DNA of 64,000 bases from Flavobacteriales bacterium. GTDB lineage: Bacteria; Bacteroidota; Bacteroidia; NS11-12g; UBA955. The notes under the pieces are model-generated. The model worked only from the letters and a program-made list of their open reading frames with translations, searched no databases and had not been told where the DNA came from. Shown here piece by piece: positions 57,224-64,000 of the stretch; the first letter of the stretch is position 1, and every line of letters starts with the position of its first letter. The position numbers and the translations under genes are program-made. The stretch lies in assembly GCA_024643755.1 (NCBI GenBank), contig JAHEMG010000001.1:6812-70811 (forward strand). The letters run 5' to 3'.

Positions 57224-59833
57224 ATGGAAGCAAAATTTTCTCAAAGGGTTAAGGAGGTGATTCAGTACAGTCGCGAAGAAGCCATTCGCCTGGGGCACGA
57301 CTACATTGGTTGTGAGCATTTGTTGTTGGGGATCATTCGCGAAGGTGAAGGCAAAGCCATACAAACGATAAAGTTGTTGGATATTGATGCCTTGCGCTTG
57401 AAAAAGAGCATTGAGGATGCCATCCGAACCACGGCCACAAAAACCGCAAATTTGGGGAACATTCCATTGACCAAGCAAGCGGAGAAGGCATTGAAAATTA
57501 CTTATCTCGAGGCCAAAATCTTCAAGACCGATTTGATCGGTACGGAGCATTTGTTGCTGTCGGTTCTGCGCGATGAAGACAATGTGGCCTCCAAGATTTT
57601 GAATCAATATGGGGTGAACTACGATGTGTTCAAATCGGCGTTGGAAGAGGGAGTTGATAATCCTCAAATTCGCAGTGAATCGTCGAGTGAGGAAAATGAC
57701 ACGCCAGAAGATTTTTATCGCGAGGAACAGAAGGCGGCTGAAGCACGCAAAGGCGGGAAGTCAAAAACGAAAACCCCTGTGCTCGATAATTTTGGTCGTG
57801 ATTTAACCAAAGCAGCGGAAGAGGGTAAGTTGGATCCGATTGTGGGTCGTGAAAAAGAGATAGAGCGTGTAAGTCAGGTGTTGAGTCGCCGCAAAAAGAA
57901 CAATCCCGTACTGATTGGCGAGCCCGGCGTGGGTAAAACTGCCATTGCTGAGGGATTGGCGTTGCGCATCATTCAGCGAAAAGTGAGCCGTGTGTTGTTC
58001 AACAAACGCGTGGTGAGTTTGGATATAGCGTCGATGGTGGCCGGTACAAAGTATCGCGGTCAGTTTGAAGAGCGAATGAAGGCGTTGATGATGGAGTTGG
58101 AGAAGGCCGATGATGTGATTTTGTTCATCGATGAAATCCACACCATTGTGGGTGCCGGCGGTGCCAGCGGTTCATTGGATGCGTCTAACATGTTTAAGCC
58201 CGCATTGGCAAGGGGAGAAATCCAGTGCATCGGTGCTACCACATTGGATGAATACCGTCAGTACATTGAGAAAGATGGTGCTTTGGAACGTCGATTCCAG
58301 ATGGTATTGATCGAGCCCGCATCGGCAGAAGAAACCGTGGAAATACTCCACAATATTTGCAACAAATACGAAGAGCATCACAGTGTGAAATACACGCCAG
58401 AGGCCATCAAGGCATGTGTGGATTTGAGTGTGCGTTATATGAGTGATCGCCATCTGCCCGATAAAGCCATTGATATTTTGGATGAGGCGGGAGCAAGGGT
58501 GCACATCAGTAACATCAATGTGCCCAATGAAATTTTGGAGTTGGAATCACAGATTGAAGGCATCAAGGTGGAAAAGAATAAGGTTGTGAAGAGTCAGAAT
58601 TTTGAGGAAGCGGCCAAATTGCGCGATACCGAAAAACGCTTGTTGGAGGACCTAGAAACTGCCAAAGCGCGTTGGGAAGCTCAAACCGCTACAGAGAAAT
58701 TCATGGTTACGGAAGATGATATCGCAGCCGTGATTTCCATGATTACAGGTATTCCAGTGAAACGCATGGCAGAGGATGAATCGCGCCGTTTGTTGACCAT
58801 GGCCGATACGTTGCGGAAGCGGGTGGTTGGACAAGATAAAGCCATCGAAAAGTTAACCAAAACCATTCAGCGCACGCGCGCCGGCTTCAAAGAGCCCAAT
58901 AGACCCATTGGTTCGTTTATCTTCTTGGGTCCTACCGGTGTAGGAAAAACCGAGCTCGCCAAGGCATTGAGCGAGTTCTTGTTTGATGCAGACGATGCCA
59001 TGATTCGCATCGATATGAGTGAATTCATGGAGAAGTTCGCCGTAAGTCGATTGGTTGGAGCGCCTCCAGGTTATGTGGGTTACGAAGAAGGGGGTATGTT
59101 GACAGAAAAAGTGCGTCGCAAACCCTATTCAGTGATTCTGTTCGATGAGGTAGAAAAAGCACACCCTGATGTATTCAACTTGTTGTTGCAGGTGTTGGAT
59201 GAAGGACAGATGACGGATTCTATGGGTCGTAAGATCGATTTCAGGAATACGGTGATCATCATGACTTCGAACATTGGATCTAGACAGTTGAAAGAGTTTG
59301 GAACCGGTGTAGGATTTGGTACTCAGACCAAGGAGGTGAATAAGGAGCGCGACAGTAAGCAAGTGATTGAGGCGCAATTGCGCAAGTTCTTCTCTCCGGA
59401 GTTCTTGAACCGTATCGATGATGTGATCGTCTTCAATTCTTTGGAAAAAGAGGAAATCATCAAGATTTTGGATGTGCGCATGGCGAAAATGTTGAAGCGC
59501 ATTGGCGAAATTGGTTACCGAGTAAGTTTGAGCGATGGGGCGAAGGTGTTTCTGGCCGATAAAGGATTTGATGCTGATTTCGGTGCAAGGCCTCTGCAGA
59601 GAGCGCTACAGAAATTCTTGGAAGAGCCATTGGCCGAGCAGGTGTTACAAGGCAATTTGAAGGAGGGCGATGAACTGTTGGTAGATCATGCGGAAGGTGC
59701 AGAAGAATTGAATTTTACCCCTGTGAAAGCATTGCCTGTTGCCGACGAAGCCACTGCAGAGATCAAAGCCTTGGATGCGCCTAAAAAGCCCAGAGCGACA
59801 AAAGCTAAATCCGACAAAAAATCGGAGGAATAA
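57224..59833 (+). CDS. clpC: Clp/Hsp100 ATPase, ClpC-type (two Clp-N repeats, AAA1, short UVR middle domain, AAA2)
   Basis: Clp_N repeats ([13 protein letters not shown]; [10 protein letters not shown]). Walker A GEPGVGKT and [11 protein letters not shown]-like [14 protein letters not shown]. Possible ClpP-docking GVGFG loop. 869 aa, so the long ClpB-type coiled coil is absent. Confidence 0.85.
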   Translation: MEAKFSQRVKEVIQYSREEAIRLGHDYIGCEHLLLGIIREGEGKAIQTIKLLDIDALRLKKSIEDAIRTTATKTANLGNIPLTKQAEKALKITYLEAKIFKTDLIGTEHLLLSVLRDEDNVASKILNQYGVNYDVFKSALEEGVDNPQIRSESSSEENDTPEDFYREEQKAAEARKGGKSKTKTPVLDNFGRDLTKAAEEGKLDPIVGREKEIERVSQVLSRRKKNNPVLIGEPGVGKTAIAEGLALRIIQRKVSRVLFNKRVVSLDIASMVAGTKYRGQFEERMKALMMELEKADDVILFIDEIHTIVGAGGASGSLDASNMFKPALARGEIQCIGATTLDEYRQYIEKDGALERRFQMVLIEPASAEETVEILHNICNKYEEHHSVKYTPEAIKACVDLSVRYMSDRHLPDKAIDILDEAGARVHISNINVPNEILELESQIEGIKVEKNKVVKSQNFEEAAKLRDTEKRLLEDLETAKARWEAQTATEKFMVTEDDIAAVISMITGIPVKRMAEDESRRLLTMADTLRKRVVGQDKAIEKLTKTIQRTRAGFKEPNRPIGSFIFLGPTGVGKTELAKALSEFLFDADDAMIRIDMSEFMEKFAVSRLVGAPPGYVGYEEGGMLTEKVRRKPYSVILFDEVEKAHPDVFNLLLQVLDEGQMTDSMGRKIDFRNTVIIMTSNIGSRQLKEFGTGVGFGTQTKEVNKERDSKQVIEAQLRKFFSPEFLNRIDDVIVFNSLEKEEIIKILDVRMAKMLKRIGEIGYRVSLSDGAKVFLADKGFDADFGARPLQRALQKFLEEPLAEQVLQGNLKEGDELLVDHAEGAEELNFTPVKALPVADEATAEIKALDAPKKPRATKAKSDKKSEE

Positions 59834-59838
59834 GCCAA

Positions 59839-60324
59839 TTAGAAAAAACGACGAATGTCCATAAAGCGCAATCGGTAATACTGAGCGCTTAGGACATCGT
59901 AACGAATACCGCCGCTGGTGGCGGAGTGGATGAAATATATTTCAGTGGGTGTTACTTCAGTGATAATGCCCACATGTCCCATGACGCGTCTGCTTGTACT
60001 GTGTCCTTTGAAACAAATGACATCGCCCGGTCTGGCATGTGCGATGGGTACGTGAACGCCGGCATTGTGGAACAGGGATGAACTGGCGGGTGTTCTGATG
60101 CCCAAGGTGGTGTTGTAGCAATAGCCCACGAAGCCACTGCAGTCGAATCCAGCGGGTGTTTTGCCACCGCCACGGTAGTGGGTGCCCAAATGCTTGCCTG
60201 CCTCTTTCAACAGCGCGTTGATGGCCACCAAATCGGTGGTTTCATCACCTACCAACGAGTCGGTTTGTGCCGACAAGAAATTGACAGTGAGCAAGATGAG
60301 TGAAAGTAGGAGTTTTTTAATCAC
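59839..60324 (-). CDS. NlpC/P60 (C40) family cell-wall peptidase
   Basis: Signal peptide. Catalytic Cys context GFDCSGFVGYCY and downstream His (GHVGII). Confidence 0.8.
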   Translation of the reverse strand: MIKKLLLSLILLTVNFLSAQTDSLVGDETTDLVAINALLKEAGKHLGTHYRGGGKTPAGFDCSGFVGYCYNTTLGIRTPASSSLFHNAGVHVPIAHARPGDVICFKGHSTSRRVMGHVGIITEVTPTEIYFIHSATSGGIRYDVLSAQYYRLRFMDIRRFF

Positions 60325-60332
60325 GGTGTTGT

Positions 60333-61130
60333 TTATCTCAGATAGGTGAGCATCTTTTTGTATCGCTCGGTATAGGTTTGTCCGACTTTCGCCCCTTTTT
60401 CGCTCCAGCGTTTTTTCATGTTTGCCACGCGGTTGCCTGGATCAGGGTGGGTGCTGAGGAATTCGGGGATATTGACTTGATTTTTCTCCTTTTGCATTTT
60501 TTCAAAAAATCCGGCAGCGCCTACGGGGTTGTAGCTGGTTTGATACAGCCAATCCACAGAGCAATTGTCGGCCTCGGTTTCAGCTTCCCTACCGAAACTC
60601 AACTGCGCTAAGCCTGTAGCAACTTGAAGTAATTGGGCTTTGCTGGTGCCGAAAATGAGTTCAAGCAATAGGTTGGCGCCAAACTCGCGGGTCAGGGCAT
60701 CGGTGGAATGGCGTTTTTCTGCATGGGCCATTTCATGTCCCATCACTCCGGCCAATTGGTCTTCGCTTTCGAGGTATTTCATGAGGCCTGTGTACACATA
60801 AATATAGCCACCTGGGGTACAGAAGGCGTTTTGAATGGTATCGTTCTTGATGATGCGAACTTTCCAGGGAAAGTCGTTTTTGTGCACCAACAAATTGGTT
60901 TTCAAAATGGAGTCGCGGATGCCGTAAATGTAATTGTAGAGCACGGTATTCTTGGATGAATCGAGGACAACGGCTGCGGTGCCACTTTCAAAGCTGCTAG
61001 ATACTTGTTGTCCCAGCGCTACATCTTGCTCAACGGGAAAAATGTTTACTTTACCGAGCCAATTGGAGCATCCTGCGATGGTCAAAAGGCCCAAAATAAC
61101 TACGGCAATAACGGAATAACGGTAATTCAT
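60333..61130 (-). CDS. M48-family zinc metallopeptidase lipoprotein (BepA/YfgC- or HtpX-like)
   Basis: Start MNYRYSVIAVVILGLLTIAGC (lipobox). HEMAHAEKRH (HExxH) plus downstream E. Confidence 0.75.
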   Translation of the reverse strand: MNYRYSVIAVVILGLLTIAGCSNWLGKVNIFPVEQDVALGQQVSSSFESGTAAVVLDSSKNTVLYNYIYGIRDSILKTNLLVHKNDFPWKVRIIKNDTIQNAFCTPGGYIYVYTGLMKYLESEDQLAGVMGHEMAHAEKRHSTDALTREFGANLLLELIFGTSKAQLLQVATGLAQLSFGREAETEADNCSVDWLYQTSYNPVGAAGFFEKMQKEKNQVNIPEFLSTHPDPGNRVANMKKRWSEKGAKVGQTYTERYKKMLTYLR

Positions 61131-61205
61131 GGTGTTCTTGGGTATCCGCCAATAGCCAAAAATGATGCCAAAAATGGGTGGCCTCGGCCATTGCTCACGA
61201 ATCAA

Positions 61206-63572
61206 TTAGAAAGGATAGCCAATACCGATTGAGATGGCGGTTTCGTCGAGCAGGTATTTGCCCACAGTTCCAGAAACTTGTTTGGACATGACCCATCGTT
61301 GATCGCTGGCTTTGCTTGGGTCGCGGATGGGCAAGCCCCAGTCTACGCGAAACAGGAAAACGCTTAAATCGAATCGAAAACCAATGCCTGTATTCACGGC
61401 CACTTCGGATAAAAAGGTATTTCGATTGATTACGCCGTAACCGGTTGAAGAGCCGGCGCTGCTGAGGTTCCAAATGTTTCCGGCATCCAAGAACAGAGCG
61501 CTTTCAATGAATTTTTTGATCAATGTAAAGCGATATTCTAGGTTGGCCTCAATCAAGAATTCTCCTGATCGGTCAATGATTGAACCTGAGCTTTTTGGGG
61601 TGTTTCCTGGACCGATACCCCGAGGTCGCCAGCCGCGCAAGCTGTTGCTACCTCCAATGAAATATCGCTTATCGTAGGGAATTACGTTGCTGTTCCAGTA
61701 AGGCAATGCCATCCCCAAATTGGCACGAAAGGCAATACTGTTGAGTTCGTCGATGTTTTGGTGAATGCGAATTTCCGACTCGATTTTGGCGTATTGGAAG
61801 TAATTCACGCCCAAGAATTGGTAGGAGCTATCGGGGTTGTAGTTGGGCTCGAACAGGTATCGCGCCAAGCGGTGCCAGTTGCCAGAGGTTTCGAAACCCA
61901 CCCTGCCAAAGAAATAGGTTTGTCCGGGTTTGTGGCGGTTGTTGGTGTAAATCGCACCCAATTTGGCGGCGGTGATAAATTGGTCGGTGAACACGCGTTT
62001 CACAAAATCTTGGTCGAGCTGTGGCAACCTTGGCAAAAACGACGGATCGATTTCGTTGCGGTTAAAACTCAGTTCGATGGGTGTATAATACCAACTGAAA
62101 TTGGGACGGATGAATTGCAGCGAAACAGAGGCGGGGAGGGAACTGCGTTGGAAGTTGGGGTTTTTTTCGGCCTGATAGCTCAATGAGAAGACCGTATTTT
62201 TTCGTTGATAGGGGTTTTTGAGGTTGAATTTTTCCAGGATGGTGAAGTTGGGAAGGGAGAGGGTCATATTGAAACCCTGCTGCAAACCGTATTGGAAATT
62301 GCCCAAATCGCCTCGTTTGAAAATCGCTTCGTAAGATGTGATGGAACTGATTTTGAGGTTTTCGCCATTGCCAAGTGCGTTTCGGTTGTTGAACGACATG
62401 ATGCCGGCCAGGCCAAACGATCGTTGGCTTTGTGTTTGGAAGTTTGTTCCCGAGCTACCTTGGGGTGAATACAGTGCTTGGGGCTCAATTTGGGTGTAGA
62501 TACGGGGAACGGCCTTGGCGGTAATTCGAGTGATAATCAAGCCGTTGGCGGAGTCCACTTCTTGTCGGAGATCCACATACGAAAACAGCGCCATATCGAT
62601 CAATCCTACGTAGGTTTGGTTGGTAACCGATTGCGAGAACCATCGTCCAGAATCGATCAAAATCACTTTTTCCATGACCTGCGCTTTGATGGGATAGTGG
62701 TTCAAGGTGAGGTGTTTTCCGCGGTGATTGTGCTGTTGTGGGTAGGTGTTGCTCTGGTAAATATCTGCGCAGAGCAGGGTGAAGTAGGTAGGTCCGAAGC
62801 GATAGCGTTTGAACTTTTGCTTGGCATTGGGGTTGTCGAGCTTCAAGAAAACGGCGCCTTCTTTTTTGTTTTGTAGCGTATCGATTTCATAGCGAAACAA
62901 ATCGGGTTGGGCTTCGAAATATCCACGGTCGCGGAGTTCAAGGGTGAGTTCTTCTTTGGCGGCGTTGAGGTCGTTCAGGTTGATGGGCCACCACAACCGA
63001 TAGGCGATATTTTGGGCGACGAGACTATCGATGAGGGGTTTTAGGGCGGTATCGGCGGGCTGTCGGAAGAACGAATTCAAGCGATAGGCGGTGCCGGGTT
63101 GCACATGGTATATGACTTGGGCTTTACGGGGTCCGAGCACAGTTTGATAGGTGACTTGGGCATCGAAATAGCCGAGATTGAACAGGTGGTTGGAGATGTT
63201 TTCGGCCGAAAGTTGGGCCATGGCGGTATCGAGGAGTACAGGGGGCTCGCCAAATTGCTTACGCAGGGTTCTTCGCCATCCCACAGAATCGGAGCGTTCG
63301 GGATTTTTTTCGTTGGTTCCCAGGGTATAGGCCCACAAAAAAACGGGGAGTTTGTTGAACAATACGCGTTTGTTGGGGCGATGGAGTATTTGGGCTTTGA
63401 CATCGGCGCCGGGGGCAGATTTTTTCGGCATCGACACCAAATTCTTTTTGAGCAAATATTTGCCATCGGGGATGCTTTTTTTCACGCCACAGGCACTGAT
63501 GACGGCGGTGACCATCAGGATCCATAGGTACTTCCGCAGAAAACCGTGATATTTGCTTTTCGAATATGCCAT
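61206..63572 (-). CDS. Omp85-family outer-membrane protein (BamA/TamA-like; bacterial surface antigen D15 domain) with lipoprotein-type signal
   Basis: 788 aa. N-terminal LWILMVTAVISACG (lipobox). POTRA-like region. C-terminal beta-barrel ending ...SIGIGYPF, typical of Omp85 barrels. Confidence 0.7.
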   Translation of the reverse strand: MAYSKSKYHGFLRKYLWILMVTAVISACGVKKSIPDGKYLLKKNLVSMPKKSAPGADVKAQILHRPNKRVLFNKLPVFLWAYTLGTNEKNPERSDSVGWRRTLRKQFGEPPVLLDTAMAQLSAENISNHLFNLGYFDAQVTYQTVLGPRKAQVIYHVQPGTAYRLNSFFRQPADTALKPLIDSLVAQNIAYRLWWPINLNDLNAAKEELTLELRDRGYFEAQPDLFRYEIDTLQNKKEGAVFLKLDNPNAKQKFKRYRFGPTYFTLLCADIYQSNTYPQQHNHRGKHLTLNHYPIKAQVMEKVILIDSGRWFSQSVTNQTYVGLIDMALFSYVDLRQEVDSANGLIITRITAKAVPRIYTQIEPQALYSPQGSSGTNFQTQSQRSFGLAGIMSFNNRNALGNGENLKISSITSYEAIFKRGDLGNFQYGLQQGFNMTLSLPNFTILEKFNLKNPYQRKNTVFSLSYQAEKNPNFQRSSLPASVSLQFIRPNFSWYYTPIELSFNRNEIDPSFLPRLPQLDQDFVKRVFTDQFITAAKLGAIYTNNRHKPGQTYFFGRVGFETSGNWHRLARYLFEPNYNPDSSYQFLGVNYFQYAKIESEIRIHQNIDELNSIAFRANLGMALPYWNSNVIPYDKRYFIGGSNSLRGWRPRGIGPGNTPKSSGSIIDRSGEFLIEANLEYRFTLIKKFIESALFLDAGNIWNLSSAGSSTGYGVINRNTFLSEVAVNTGIGFRFDLSVFLFRVDWGLPIRDPSKASDQRWVMSKQVSGTVGKYLLDETAISIGIGYPF

Positions 63573-64000
63573 CTATCGCTCAAATCAAGCACATCGCTTC
63601 GTTGCGCCTGCCCAAGTTTAGGCAAAAATATGGCCAATTCATGGTGGAGGGCCGCAAAGCGGTGGAGGAAGTATTCCACAGTGGCTGGTCGGTGGAGGCA
63701 ATTTGGGCCACTACAGCGTTTGCAGAGCGATACGCACCGGCTTATCCTTTCGAGATAATGACCGAGGAGGAGAACAAAAAGTGTACTGCTTTCGACACAG
63801 CCCCTGGCGTTATGGCCTTGGTGCAACTGCCTAAAAACAAGCCCTTTGATGTTGATATGCCATTTGTGTTGGCCTTAGACGGGATCAATGATCCGGGTAA
63901 TATGGGCACGATCATTCGCCTGGCAGATTGGTTTGGCTTGTCGCAAATTGTGGCATCGTCCGATAGTGTAGATGCGTTTAATCCCAAGTGTTTGGCGGCT
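63566..64000 (+). CDS. TrmH/SpoU-family RNA 2'-O-methyltransferase, N-terminal part (runs off window)
   Basis: Own translation MPSIAQIKHIASLRLPKFRQKYGQFMVEGRKAVEE...LALDGINDPGNMGTIIRLADWFG matches the SpoU methylase motif. Not in the ORF track because it has no stop in the window. Confidence 0.8.
   Translation, partial: MPSIAQIKHIASLRLPKFRQKYGQFMVEGRKAVEEVFHSGWSVEAIWATTAFAERYAPAYPFEIMTEEENKKCTAFDTAPGVMALVQLPKNKPFDVDMPFVLALDGINDPGNMGTIIRLADWFGLSQIVASSDSVDAFNPKCLAA

Noticed and set aside
56989-57252. Two overlapping 69-aa ORFs in the dnaB-clpC intergenic region
   Set aside because: They are on opposite strands over the same DNA with no RBS or start context. This is more likely a non-coding leader or promoter region.
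1-64000. Search for CRISPR arrays, tRNA/rRNA genes, transposases, integrases and toxin-antitoxin pairs
   Set aside because: I saw no repeat-spacer arrays and no tRNA-like cloverleaf candidates in the few intergenic gaps over 80 bp. No DDE transposase or tyrosine-recombinase motifs turned up, and no small adjacent ORF pairs typical of TA modules.

Overview
This is a densely coding chromosomal segment of about 50% GC with few unexplained gaps. It almost certainly comes from a Bacteroidota genome (SusC/SusD pair, T9SS C-terminal sorting domains, SprB-type repeats, FtsL-like protein, dcw cluster without murF).

Left end (1-10.8 kb, minus strand): a polysaccharide utilisation locus. It contains susC, susD, a LamG-like lipoprotein, two tandem GH144-like (DUF3131, 'glucoamylase' family) endo-beta-1,2-glucanase paralogues and a GH3 beta-glucosidase that runs off the window. 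This is the known beta-1,2-glucan/sophoro-oligosaccharide PUL architecture.

Divergent from susC is a 1415-aa secreted M4 (thermolysin-type) zinc protease. It carries a PKD domain, about six SprB-type Cys-containing Ig-like repeats and a T9SS type-B (gliding-motility) C-terminal domain.

15-30 kb: mixed housekeeping and accessory genes. These are DUF2461, a 2-oxo-acid dehydrogenase E2 and a tight minus-strand run of a DUF2851-like protein, an LhgO-like FAD oxidase, a SprT-like protein and a CDF transporter. After that come a GT2 plus GT-C membrane glycosyltransferase pair, a BNR protein, UspA and a translationally coupled operon (CCG-domain Fe-S protein, 173-aa unknown, MFS transporter). The last gene in this block is a GT4.

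30.3-45.8 kb: a complete Bacteroidota-type dcw cluster on the minus strand (mraZ-rsmH-ftsL-ftsI-murE-mraY-murD-ftsW-murG-murC-ftsQ-ftsA-ftsZ). MraZ-operator-like GTGGGAAATT direct repeats sit just upstream of mraZ. A second G-rich set with 10-bp periodicity faces the divergent gene.

Right part: lipA, a BNR protein with a T9SS type-A C-terminal domain and a dapF/anti-sigma/ECF-sigma operon divergent from htrA. Next is a roughly 750-bp AT-rich island (about 30% GC) carrying an orphan lipoprotein behind an E. coli-like sigma70 promoter. Then come dnaB, clpC, NlpC/P60, an M48 lipoprotein, a lipidated Omp85-family protein and a TrmH-family methyltransferase (partial).

No rRNA, tRNA, CRISPR array, integrase or transposase was recognised. 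I could not support a single clearly novel multi-gene system. The most unusual loci are flagged under findings.
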